From contig JANOQI010000036.1 of NCBI GenBank assembly GCA_031414775.1, positions 1 to 64,000 on the forward strand: a stretch of 64,000 nucleotides of DNA, in the 5' to 3' direction. Position 1 is the stretch's first letter. Every line of letters starts with the position of its first letter. The translations under genes were made by a program, and so were the position numbers. The stretch is from Synechococcales cyanobacterium VAR_4_metabat_354. Lineage in GTDB: Bacteria > Cyanobacteriota > Cyanobacteriia > Cyanobacteriales > Chamaesiphonaceae. Under the pieces are notes generated by a model. The model did no database searches. It saw only the letters and a program-made list of their open reading frames with translations, and was not told where the DNA came from. Below are positions 51,101 to 59,948 of the stretch, piece by piece.

Positions 51101-51739
51101 GTTTTGATGGCCAGATTGTAAGATCGATTCGACGTTATCCAAAACCAGTAAACAGCGTTTTTGGCGCAACTGTTGCATTAATGAGGCGATTGAACTTTCC
51201 TGCACATCAGAACCGGTCAAAATCGGCAAGATTTCATTTAGCAAGTTGTCAGGAGTAGGGGCATTGCGTAAACTACGCCACACCACATATTCAAACTGAG
51301 ATTCCAACTGTTGAGCAAGTTTGACCGAAAGCGCTGTTTTTCCAATCCCTCCCCAGCCAAAAATGCCCACCATCCGACAATGGCTATCGGTTAACCAATG
51401 ATGCAAAGTCTGTAAAGTAGTTTGTCGGCCATAGAAATAAGAAACATCGATCGCTTCACCCCAATTTGTTTTGGTGAGAGATGCCTGGTAGCGTTGTAGG
51501 ATGGCTTGAAGATTACTCTTAGCAACTTTGATCCCCAAAATGCAAGACAGAGATTGCCATAACTGAGCAGCAATCTGTTTAATGTAGTCCGCATCGTAAC
51601 CTAATTCACCTCCGATCGTGGGGTAAGAATTTCCAGCCCAGACTCGTAACACGATTTCTGATTGGATATCTCGGAGCGTTGCTTGTTGATTTTTTTCAAG
51701 CAAGTGGTCGATGATTATGAGAGCTTCTTGTCCCGTCAT
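48122..51739 (-). CDS. HTH - NB-ARC (STAND NTPase) - WD40 repeat protein
   Basis: N-terminal HTH, FYGR, GWGGIGKT, LLVLDN, ITSRE, GNPLALK, about 14 WD40 repeats. Confidence 0.93.
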   Translation of the reverse strand: MTGQEALIIIDHLLEKNQQATLRDIQSEIVLRVWAGNSYPTIGGELGYDADYIKQIAAQLWQSLSCILGIKVAKSNLQAILQRYQASLTKTNWGEAIDVSYFYGRQTTLQTLHHWLTDSHCRMVGIFGWGGIGKTALSVKLAQQLESQFEYVVWRSLRNAPTPDNLLNEILPILTGSDVQESSIASLMQQLRQKRCLLVLDNVESILQSGHQNGCSLAGYEGYSQIFKRISDESHQSCLVITSREKPNGMTLREGQNLPVRSLQLAGLPIADAQSILSDKGITAPLADQENLIKYVDGNPLALKLVATNIQNLFNGDIQEFLAEGKAVFSHLWELLDQQFDRLSILQQQVMYWLAINREGVTPKRLQAELFPPAPVPQLLETLETLRDRSLVETTKQGLTQQPVIMEYVTERFIRQIENEVITGTLNLFKTHALIEAQTQDYLRDAQIQLILQPLADQLLTHFATIEQLQKHLAQILVSLRHQTPTTIGYACGNLLNLLCHLKTDLQGFDFSGLSIRQAYLIDAVLHNVDFTGSQVSQTVFAETFGGIIGTAFSPDGKYLATSDTKGDVQIWDADTLAKVSYCQGHLHWAWAIDFSPNGQYLVSAGDDYKVKLWNVLTGECLCTYTGHTLSVNAAIFSPDGETIASSSEDSTIRLWRVFPGRLNPEIQTLVGHDSRVWSIAFSPDGCTLVSGGEDCVVRLWDIATGSCLAVWTAHEDWIRSVAFNPNGRSIATGSYDRLIKIWDVATGECLRTLSGHQNMISKVTFSPDGQQLVSSSFDQTIKLWDLNNGECLQTLLGHRSPIWTVAFHPNGQQLASGSDDHTTKIWNLKLGRCINTIVGYTDAVSSLSLSFDGRYLAAGYENKTVKVWDVARGTVTQVLQDHTNRVWSVKFSPNGHLLASGSSDHTIKLSDWRLGKCLQTLRGHTSWVWSVAFSPDGQTLASGSYDQTVKIWDVATGECLQTIQEHTSSVVFLAFSPDGQLLASGDTNGSIKLCNSNSGECYHNLQEHTNSVWSVAFSSDGQWLISTSYDGTIKLWLVATGECLQTFSGHRGWVIRAQFSPDDQFIISGGMDGTLKVWDVNSGQCLQTFTGHSGLIYAIEVAIVQLPEMELPKLVAFTGSVDETIKVWDLEAAKCLATWQSLRLYEGMKIDNIKGLTQAQKSTLQALGGVINSERPDIKTLETRISVTTYLLVFKAMFWGKYRA

Positions 51740-51850
51740 TTTCCCACATTATGTTGTTGGACTAACACCTATTATAAGGCGATCTAGTAGCAGAATCAGT
51801 GAGCTAGGGATTCAAACAGTCATATTTATTAATATTTAGCCACCAAAATT

Positions 51851-51898
51851 ACTGACTTTTTCTCACTGACAAATCGATCAGAGTTAATCTAGACTGAC
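51851..51898 (+). promoter_or_regulatory. ACTGAC direct repeats in 14-bp phase
   Basis: ACTGAC at 51851, 51865 and 51893. Confidence 0.45.
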
Positions 51899-52010
51899 GA
51901 TCAAGCAACAGCATTGATTTTTAGTTGGTGTCGATTTAAGAAGATGGGATTCATCAATATCGATGCACTATAGAAAAATATATTGAATTTTTGTATTCAG
52001 GGAAAATATT

Positions 52011-53417
52011 ATGCCTTCAGATTCTGACAAATCTCAGCCGCAACCCAAAGATATATTTAAATATTTTGGTACTGCTGGTAAAGATATTCCACGTTTTGAT
52101 GCTAGATTACCTCTACCGCGCAGCGTGGAGCCGCCACTACGCTTGCTCGTTAACGGTGGGCTGGCCAAAATTCCGATTGCCTCTGCTGGGCCGCTGGAAT
52201 TGCTGGGAATTGTGGGGGTCACCACCCTAGTGAAAAAGTTACAATCACCATTTGCCATGCCAGCGAACTTTACGCGCTGTCGTCCGGATAAGTTTAGTGA
52301 TGAATTCTTTGTGGAGCGGCGACTCAATGGCTTTAACCCCGGCCAAATGAAGCAGGTGAAAGATCAACCTTGGCAATATGTTATTTGCTATGACGCTAGG
52401 GACTATAATTTCAAGTTTGATAAGCCCGGCACCATCTTTCCTCGGGTTATTGAAGCCCGGTTTGTACTACAAGAGAAATCCTTACAGATTCATTCGATCG
52501 AATACGAACTAGTTCCGGGTGTCAAAAGCTTCAAAACTCCGATCGACACTCGTCAGGAATGGGAATGGGCTAAACAGTTATTCCGCTGTGCAGAGATTGT
52601 ATTTCAAGAAACTCAATCTCACTTAGGACAAGCTCACTTAAATGTGGAGCAATATGCCATGTCCTATTACCGTAATATTGTAAACAACCCGATCAAACTT
52701 TTATTGGAACCCCATTTTACCGGGGTGTTGTACATCAACAAATTAGGTGCGTCAGATATTTTCGGATCTACCGGAATTCTCCCCCAAAATTCAGCCTTAC
52801 ATACTGATGAAGTAGAGACGTTGATTCATGCCAAAATCAAAACATTAAATTATCATCAGTGGCATCCTCAACTGCATACCATGCCTGATGTGGTTGCTAA
52901 TAACTTCTTTGATCGCGCTTCGATAGCTGCGTGGGAAGTCATTACCGAATATGTGACTGATTTCTTTTCCAAGCAAGGATCCGAGATTCAACGATTATGG
53001 CCTGAAATCGCTGCGATGTCCGCAGATTTAGTACAGCATTCTATCTTGGATGAAAATTGCGGGACGCTCGAAATTGCCGATATTGATGATCTGAGAGCAC
53101 TCTGTATCTATGTGATTTACCATAGCTCTTTCATTCACTCCTGGCTAAACTATAAACAATATGATGATGTAGGTGACGTGGAATATGCCGTGATCGGCTT
53201 ATGGGATGAAACCTATGACAAAACAACGCTTGTCCAAAGGCACATTGAACAAGTTTTCTTGGCGTGGAAATTATCTCAAATTCGCTACAATCCAATCGTG
53301 GCTGAAACCGATGTAGATAGCCCGATCGCAATATTCAAAGATTTGCTATGGCAGCGACGGAATGAAATCATCCCCGGCATACCACTAGAACTATTAATGG
53401 GCAGTATTCACGTCTAA
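52011..53417 (+). CDS. Compact lipoxygenase-family protein
   Basis: SDEFFVERRLNGFNP, SHLGQAHL, LLEPHF, HSWLN, C-terminus SIHV. Confidence 0.8.
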   Translation: MPSDSDKSQPQPKDIFKYFGTAGKDIPRFDARLPLPRSVEPPLRLLVNGGLAKIPIASAGPLELLGIVGVTTLVKKLQSPFAMPANFTRCRPDKFSDEFFVERRLNGFNPGQMKQVKDQPWQYVICYDARDYNFKFDKPGTIFPRVIEARFVLQEKSLQIHSIEYELVPGVKSFKTPIDTRQEWEWAKQLFRCAEIVFQETQSHLGQAHLNVEQYAMSYYRNIVNNPIKLLLEPHFTGVLYINKLGASDIFGSTGILPQNSALHTDEVETLIHAKIKTLNYHQWHPQLHTMPDVVANNFFDRASIAAWEVITEYVTDFFSKQGSEIQRLWPEIAAMSADLVQHSILDENCGTLEIADIDDLRALCIYVIYHSSFIHSWLNYKQYDDVGDVEYAVIGLWDETYDKTTLVQRHIEQVFLAWKLSQIRYNPIVAETDVDSPIAIFKDLLWQRRNEIIPGIPLELLMGSIHV

Positions 53418-53631
53418 AATTTGATCTGGCAATATTTTTTACAATGCTGGCATCTTAATACATGCTGGCATTGGTAGTATTTGGAATTACAGCATCATCT
53501 GGAAAAGAACTTGCCACTGTAGAATTGGGTTACTTCTCAACATGATTACTTAATTCTCCGTTAGCCTAAGCAAAGAGTAGCTTGACTTCAGCTCTTGATT
53601 ATCAATATCGTTTTTTCGGGGATTTATCACT

Positions 53632-54264
53632 ATGATTTTCTGGTTGATATGGCTACTATTCACAGGTTATGCATTCTTGCTAGCTCCACCAGACAGCCCA
53701 GAAACATTACAGCTAATTATCAATCTCTCCACTGGCCAATGGACCGGGATCAATCCCCTGATTATTGCACTATTTAATTTGATGGGGATTTGGCCAATGA
53801 TTTATGCAGCCGTAATGTTGTTTGATGGGTCTACCCAAAAATTCCAGCCCGGATTTTTCAATGCGGCCTCTTTTGCGGTGGGGGCATTTATTATTTTGCC
53901 TTATCTAGGACTCCGCCAACCTAGTAAAAATGTGACAGAGACTCCACTCCGGAAGCTTTTAGATGCTCGTTGGTTGGCAGTGGCGATCGGGATAGGATCG
54001 ATCGGACTACTCACCTATGGCTTCACCCAAGGCAACTGGCCAGATTTTGTGCATTCATGGCAGACCCAGCGCTTTATCCATGTAATGAGTTTAGACTTTT
54101 TGATGCTATCGGCTCTGTTTCCAGTCTTAGCCAAAGATGATCTGAGCAGAAGAGGCGGTCAGTCTTGGCTATGGTGGATCTCTTTTGTACCACTAGTGGG
54201 CGCGATCGCCTACCTCTATCTCCGACCCCATCAGGTTTTTACTAATGCTGAGATGATTAATTAA
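53632..54264 (+). CDS. Membrane protein (DUF2834-like)
   Basis: Multiple TMs; [16 protein letters not shown]. Confidence 0.7.
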   Translation: MIFWLIWLLFTGYAFLLAPPDSPETLQLIINLSTGQWTGINPLIIALFNLMGIWPMIYAAVMLFDGSTQKFQPGFFNAASFAVGAFIILPYLGLRQPSKNVTETPLRKLLDARWLAVAIGIGSIGLLTYGFTQGNWPDFVHSWQTQRFIHVMSLDFLMLSALFPVLAKDDLSRRGGQSWLWWISFVPLVGAIAYLYLRPHQVFTNAEMIN

Positions 54265-55322
54265 TAAGCGGCACCGACCAACACGCCATCCTGCTGCAAA
54301 CTAGCTAGATTTTTACTCCCGGTGCAAAACAACACCGTTCTCAATTCGGCCAACAGGATTGCCACTTTTTCAGCAACGGCTTCCGGCGAAACCGTTGCTG
54401 CCCGCAAAAATGGCAATGCCAAACCTGCTAAATCGGCTCCCAGAGCGATCGCTTTAGCCACATCCAAACCATGGCGCAAACCACCAGAAGCAATCAGCGG
54501 CAGTTGCGGATAGGCCTGACTAATTCCTTGAATACAGTCAGCGGTGGGTATGCCCCAGTTGGCAAAAGTTTTTCCCAGTTGTTTTTCCAAGGCATTTTCA
54601 GCGCGTTCGCCTTCGACTAATGCCCAGGAAGTACCACCAGCTCCGGCCACGTCAATCGATTGCACCCCAGCATTCATTAATCTGGCAGCCATCGACACCG
54701 AAATACCGTTTCCTACTTCTTTGGCAATTACCGGCACTGGCAAATACTTACAAACTTGCTCAATTTTGGCCAGCAGTCCTTGAAAATTGCGATCGCCACG
54801 CGGTTGAATACATTCTTGCAAGGGATTGATATGCAAAATCAAGGCATCGGCCTGGAGCAAGTCCACAGCTTTCAAACATTCCTCGACCCCATAACCATAA
54901 TTTAATTGCACAGCGCCCAAATTCGCCAATAGCAAAATATCAGGAGCTAGTTGCCGAACATTAAAAGTGGCCGCTGCTTCTGGCTGTTCGATCGCCACTC
55001 GCTGGGAACCGACCCCCATTGCCAATCCGTATTCCTGTGCCGCCAAGGCCAACCGGGTATTAATGGTGCGGGCTTGCTCGGTGCCGCCAGTCATCGAAGA
55101 AATCAACAAAGGGGTGGCTAATTTTTTCCCCAAAAAGCTGGTACTCAGATCGATCGCATCATAATCTAACTCTGGCAAACAGCAATGGGTAAAATGATAT
55201 TTTTCCAGCCCGGTAGTTGTTTGGAACTGGACATCTTCATCTAGACAAATACGGATATGGTCAGCTTTCCGTTGCTGGGTGGGGGGGGTTTCGGTCATGG
55301 CATTTTCGCCTTGCTTGGCCAA
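54261..55322 (-). CDS. fni: Type 2 isopentenyl-diphosphate isomerase
   Basis: RKADHI, SSMTGG, GVGSQR, KEVGNG, GAGGTSW; start may be 55298. Confidence 0.94.
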   Translation of the reverse strand: MAKQGENAMTETPPTQQRKADHIRICLDEDVQFQTTTGLEKYHFTHCCLPELDYDAIDLSTSFLGKKLATPLLISSMTGGTEQARTINTRLALAAQEYGLAMGVGSQRVAIEQPEAAATFNVRQLAPDILLLANLGAVQLNYGYGVEECLKAVDLLQADALILHINPLQECIQPRGDRNFQGLLAKIEQVCKYLPVPVIAKEVGNGISVSMAARLMNAGVQSIDVAGAGGTSWALVEGERAENALEKQLGKTFANWGIPTADCIQGISQAYPQLPLIASGGLRHGLDVAKAIALGADLAGLALPFLRAATVSPEAVAEKVAILLAELRTVLFCTGSKNLASLQQDGVLVGAAY

Positions 55323-55326
55323 GGTG

Positions 55327-55869
55327 CTAGCTATCTGGTCGAATCAACTCTACCCCATCACGGCCATCAGTTTCTTGGAAATAAACCTTTACTTGTTCTT
55401 CTTGAGAAGTGGGCAAGCGTTTGCCAACAAAATCGGGATGAATGGGCAGCTGGCGATGACCGCGATCGACTAATGTTGCCAACAAAATTGCTTCCGGGCG
55501 GCCATATTCAGCCACAGCATTCAGTGCACCCCGCGCGGTACGGCCTTTGTAAATCACATCGTCCACTAAGACTATTATTTTATGATGGGCATCGAAGTTG
55601 ATTTCGGTTTTGGCGGGGGTGCGCACAGCGATCGAATTCAAATCGTCTCGATAGAAGGTGATATCTACTGACGAAATTGGGACAGAAACATTTTCTAGAA
55701 TGGTGATCTGCTGACCGATCAGCTTGGCCAGGGGTACGCCTCTGGTATGAATACCCACCAAGGCCACCTCCGATAAATCGCGGCAGCGTTCAATAATTTC
55801 GGAAGCCATCCGATTGATGGTGCGGCGCATTTCTTCAGAAGAGAGAATTTCGATAGTTTGCGAGGTCAT
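55327..55869 (-). CDS. pyrR: PyrR / uracil PRTase
   Basis: [29 protein letters not shown]. Confidence 0.92.
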   Translation of the reverse strand: MTSQTIEILSSEEMRRTINRMASEIIERCRDLSEVALVGIHTRGVPLAKLIGQQITILENVSVPISSVDITFYRDDLNSIAVRTPAKTEINFDAHHKIIVLVDDVIYKGRTARGALNAVAEYGRPEAILLATLVDRGHRQLPIHPDFVGKRLPTSQEEQVKVYFQETDGRDGVELIRPDS

Positions 55870-55958
55870 AGCGGTTCCAGCGGCAAAGTCTGAATCCTCA
55901 ATTATAAGTTGGCCAGGAAGCATTGCGATCGATCAACTTAGCAATCAAGTTCTTCTTG

Positions 55959-56420
55959 CTACTGGTTTTTCTTGTTGTTAACTAAATGGTTAACAACCGC
56001 CCGCAATCCTAAATAATAGCTATCTGACCCAAATCCGCAGATTTGACCAACGACAACATCAGCCAGATAAGAATGGTGACGAAACTCTTCCCGACGGTAG
56101 ACATTACTGAGATGGACTTCTACTGTGGGAACATTCACTCCAGCTATTGCATCCCGCAACGCAACACTAGTATGGGTATAAGCTCCTGCATTAATCACAA
56201 TCCCTTGATGCTGGGTGCGCGCAGTATGAATAGCATCAACCAAAACACCTTCATGGTTAGATTGAACACAAACGACAATTACCCCCAGTTCTGTAGCTTG
56301 CCGCTGGAGGCGATCATTAATGTCTTGAAGAGTGGTTGCACCGTAAATACTTGGTTCGCGCAAACCTAAAAGATTTAGATTTGGACCATGAAGCACCAAA
56401 ATACTAGGAAAAATAGTCAC
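55959..56420 (-). CDS. aroQ: Type II 3-dehydroquinate dehydratase
   Basis: [33 protein letters not shown]. Confidence 0.95.
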   Translation of the reverse strand: MTIFPSILVLHGPNLNLLGLREPSIYGATTLQDINDRLQRQATELGVIVVCVQSNHEGVLVDAIHTARTQHQGIVINAGAYTHTSVALRDAIAGVNVPTVEVHLSNVYRREEFRHHSYLADVVVGQICGFGSDSYYLGLRAVVNHLVNNKKNQ

Positions 56421-56436
56421 TTAAATTCTTAAATAT

Positions 56437-56565
56437 CTAGTTATTGTCCTTGACTGGAACAGGAATCAATTCAGGTTCCACCTGACCAGCCGGACCGAGC
56501 AGTAGATCCATTATTTTATTAGCCCACTCTTCGAGCTTCTCCAAAATTTCTTGAATATAGTTCAT
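56437..56565 (-). CDS. Small protein (42 aa) missing from the ORF track
   Basis: AAGGAG RBS; MNYIQEILEKLEEWANKIMDLLLGPAGQVEPELIPVPVKDNN*. Confidence 0.72.
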   Translation of the reverse strand: MNYIQEILEKLEEWANKIMDLLLGPAGQVEPELIPVPVKDNN

Positions 56566-56675
56566 AGAAACTGCTCCTTTATAAAAATTTTAACAAGATA
56601 AACGGTTATGTAAACTCTTCTTAACGTTATTCTAATGTGAAAATCGATAGAATGGGTAATCCTTAGCAGTACAAA

Positions 56676-57449
56676 TCACCGCTGACCAATCATTTTATGA
56701 GTCTGGGGGATTACTCTAACGATTGTTAAAAATTGCTTAAGAAACTGCTGCCATTGCAATACTTGGTGGGGTTCAGGAGCGACCGGAGCCTTACTGTGCG
56801 GTTGGTCTAAGGGGGTTACTGGTTGTAAAAACAGGGGAATCTGAGAATTGATCGATCGAATGATCTGAGCGGCCTGCTCTAGCTCGGCCAGCACCGTATT
56901 TTTACTCACAACAATTTTAACAAACACCGGACAATTGTGCTGGGCACAGATCTGCAAAAATTCCTGGTGAGCCGTCCAATGTTCTTCGCCACTGGCACTG
57001 GGCAACTTCATATCCATGCCAATTAAATCCAAATGCTCAATGATAGTAGCTAACTGCTGGGGGCGATGGCCGCCAGTTTCCAGATAGATAGGTAATTGAG
57101 TTGCTAAGCGCACAATGGGCAACCAAGTGCCTAAAAAATTGGCATGAAGCAGCGGTTCGCCGCCAGTAATACTAATACTGTCATGGAGATTAGACAAATT
57201 ATGATTAGTTACCCAGGTTAATAACTGCGATCGAGAAACCGGATTGGAATGCAGTTCAAAATCTCGATCACCCGGTGTAATTTCGATTTGACAGGTTGGC
57301 TGTTTTCGCCAAGTATGCTCACTGTCACAGTAGGTACAACGCAGATCACAGCCCCCAAAGCGGACAAAAATTTGCCGGGTACCAACATTGAGACCCTCTC
57401 CTTGAATTGCCGAAAAAATTTCGATTAAATTAGCTGTGGGTTCGGACAT
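56676..57449 (-). CDS. queE: 7-carboxy-7-deazaguanine synthase (radical SAM)
   Basis: EIFSAIQGEG, CDLRCTYCD, ITGGEPL, PQTHK. Confidence 0.88.
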   Translation of the reverse strand: MSEPTANLIEIFSAIQGEGLNVGTRQIFVRFGGCDLRCTYCDSEHTWRKQPTCQIEITPGDRDFELHSNPVSRSQLLTWVTNHNLSNLHDSISITGGEPLLHANFLGTWLPIVRLATQLPIYLETGGHRPQQLATIIEHLDLIGMDMKLPSASGEEHWTAHQEFLQICAQHNCPVFVKIVVSKNTVLAELEQAAQIIRSINSQIPLFLQPVTPLDQPHSKAPVAPEPHQVLQWQQFLKQFLTIVRVIPQTHKMIGQR

Positions 57450-57551
57450 GGTGATGGTTTTCTTCACAGAAACATATTTAGCTTTAAAAAATTTACTTGT
57501 TAGCAGGCAATTTTCTCGATAACATTATAGGCAATTGCATGGAGCAAAACA

Positions 57552-57857
57552 GTGCTGCAAATACTGTTGATTTTAGCCTTCTTGATTGGATTCCTAGCAG
57601 TCATTTTCCAATTGACCAAGCGAGAGTCTGTTCGAGGTCATTACTGCATGGCGAGGGTGATGGAATCAAATAGTCATCTCACCTATAAAAGAATTACCCG
57701 CGATCCAGAGGAATTCTACATCGAAGGAATAGGCTATATTATTGGTGATATCTCCTGTCACTACAATGCCTGTTCTCCTTACATCCGCTGTACGGTTAAT
57801 CCCAGTGGTCTCTGTGAGGGCTGTCGAGAATATCGCGACAAAAATCGCCCCAACTAA
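57552..57857 (+). CDS. Small membrane-anchored Cys-rich protein
   Basis: N-terminal TM; IGDISCHYNACSPYIRCTVNPSGLCEGC. Confidence 0.72.
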   Translation: MLQILLILAFLIGFLAVIFQLTKRESVRGHYCMARVMESNSHLTYKRITRDPEEFYIEGIGYIIGDISCHYNACSPYIRCTVNPSGLCEGCREYRDKNRPN

Positions 57858-57915
57858 AAAAACACTCAATCAAATAGGTAATGAATTCCTCTCCATAAAT
57901 GCCTACTAAATTCTG

Positions 57916-58974
57916 ATGCAGATAAAGATTCAACCATTTACCGTCAACAAGCGTGTACCACTCAAAATTAGCCGGGGTACTACTAGCCACACTACCAATA
58001 TTTGGCTGCGCTTAGAAGCCGATGGCATCGAAGGTTGGGGTGAGGCCACGCCTTTCTCGATCGGATCGCAACAACAGACAACAGCCGAGATCATGTCAGC
58101 ATTGGCAGAAGTTATTCCAGTTCTAGAAAAATTTCATCCCCTCCAGCGCCAAGCTATCCACCAAACCCTCAGTGATTCCACCTGGCAGCGTATTCCTTCC
58201 GCCGCCATCGCCGCCGTGGACATAGCTCTACACGACTGGCTGGGCAAAAGAGCAGGCTTACCCCTGTGGCAATTATGGGGGCTAGATGCAACTAAGTCTG
58301 TACCGATCTCAGTCACAGTTGGCATTAACTCCCCGGCTGGTGCTCAAGAGCGAGTCAAGAAATGGCTCGAAGTATTTGATGCCCAGTTTTTCAAGTTGAA
58401 GATGGGCAGCCCGGAGGGAATTACGGCCGACCGTGCTATGTTCTTGGCGGTGGAACAGCTGGTACCCCAAGCTAAATTCACGGTTGATGCTAACGGTGGT
58501 TGGGAACTGGCCGATGCGATCGAGATGTCGGAATGGCTGGCTGCCAAAGGGGTGACATATATTGAACAGCCCCTGCGCCGAGGCGATGAAGCCAGCTTAC
58601 CAGCTTTGCAACAGGCTTCGCCTTTACCAATCTTTGTCGATGAAAGCTGCTTTGCTAGTGAAGATTTGCCCAGGCTAGTCGATCGAGTGGCCGGAATCAA
58701 TATTAAGCTGATGAAATGTGGTGGTTTGAGTGAAGCCCTGCGGATGATTCATACTGCCCGTGCCTGGGGTTTACAAGTGATGATTGGTTGTTATTCAGAT
58801 AGTTGTCTATCGAACACGGCGGCAGCTCACCTCGGCTCCTTAGTAGATCATCTCGACCTTGATAGTCATCTCAATCTTTTGGAAGATCCCTTTGTGGGAG
58901 CCACTATTCAAAACGGTAGACTAGTTCCTACAGATCTGCCTGGATTGGGCACTAGCCTTAAATCAGTTCTTTAA
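57916..58974 (+). CDS. L-Ala-D/L-Glu epimerase (enolase superfamily)
   Basis: KLK, VDANGGW, IEQP, VDES, DLD. Confidence 0.88.
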   Translation: MQIKIQPFTVNKRVPLKISRGTTSHTTNIWLRLEADGIEGWGEATPFSIGSQQQTTAEIMSALAEVIPVLEKFHPLQRQAIHQTLSDSTWQRIPSAAIAAVDIALHDWLGKRAGLPLWQLWGLDATKSVPISVTVGINSPAGAQERVKKWLEVFDAQFFKLKMGSPEGITADRAMFLAVEQLVPQAKFTVDANGGWELADAIEMSEWLAAKGVTYIEQPLRRGDEASLPALQQASPLPIFVDESCFASEDLPRLVDRVAGINIKLMKCGGLSEALRMIHTARAWGLQVMIGCYSDSCLSNTAAAHLGSLVDHLDLDSHLNLLEDPFVGATIQNGRLVPTDLPGLGTSLKSVL

Positions 58975-59071
58975 TCGGTCTTGCTTTTTGCAGCGATTTT
59001 TTTGTCGCGACTGTTTTTTAGCCAAAAATACCTAAGAGTTTGACCTATTGAAATTCATCAAGTGAGTAATT

Positions 59072-59929
59072 TTGAGTGATTTATTGAAGCCGCAGCTGAT
59101 TGACCAACAACTATTTGATTGGGGCAGTCGCACCTATCTAATGGGGGTAATTAATGTCACACCGGATAGTTTCAGCGATGGCGATCAATTCAACTCGGTA
59201 ACAGCCGCTTGTCAGCAAGCGGCTCAGTTCGTCCAAGCCGGAGCCGATATTTTGGATATTGGCGGCGAATCAACTAGGCCAGGAGCCGCCCCAGTCAGTA
59301 GCATCCAAGAACTCGAAAGAGTAATTCCAGTTATTCAGGGCATTCGTCAGCAAGGATTACAGATTCCGATATCGATCGATACCACTAAAGCCATTGTCGC
59401 TAAAGCAGCTGTCGGGGCTGGCGCAAATATCGTCAACGATGTTTCCGGTGGCATTTTTGACCCCGAAATGCTGCCAACAGTCGCAGCCTTGGGAGTGTCA
59501 ATCGCCTTGATGCACATGCGTGGCACCCCAGCCACCATGCAACAGCTAACCAACTACCAAGATCTGATTACAGAAGTCGGCGATTTTTTAGTAGCACGTA
59601 TCCAGGTAGCCTTAGATTGTGGGATCGATCGATCGAACATCATCATTGACCCGGGCATTGGTTTTGCCAAAACTTATCAGCAGAATATTGATTTACTTAA
59701 AAATCTGCCGATCCTTCGGCAACGCTTGCAACTCCCGTTGCTAGTGGGGGTATCTCGCAAAAGCTTCATTGGCCAAATTTTGCAACAGCCCGATCCACAG
59801 CAACGAGTTTGGGGTACAGCCGCCGCTTGCTGTGCAGCCATTGCCAATAACGCAGACATCCTGCGGGTGCATGATGTAGTCGCGATGCACGACGTTCGGA
59901 AAGTAGCTGATGTGTTGTTACGAAGGTAG
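59072..59929 (+). CDS. folP: Dihydropteroate synthase
   Basis: NVTPDSFSDG, GGESTRPG, DPGIGF, SRKS, RVHDV. Confidence 0.95.
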   Translation: MSDLLKPQLIDQQLFDWGSRTYLMGVINVTPDSFSDGDQFNSVTAACQQAAQFVQAGADILDIGGESTRPGAAPVSSIQELERVIPVIQGIRQQGLQIPISIDTTKAIVAKAAVGAGANIVNDVSGGIFDPEMLPTVAALGVSIALMHMRGTPATMQQLTNYQDLITEVGDFLVARIQVALDCGIDRSNIIIDPGIGFAKTYQQNIDLLKNLPILRQRLQLPLLVGVSRKSFIGQILQQPDPQQRVWGTAAACCAAIANNADILRVHDVVAMHDVRKVADVLLRR

Positions 59930-59948
59930 TAGTTGCAACCAACTTTAT

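Noticed and set aside
56437..56565. ATP synthase inhibitor AtpTheta
   Set aside because: Similar size, but I cannot match its conserved C-terminal motif; left unnamed
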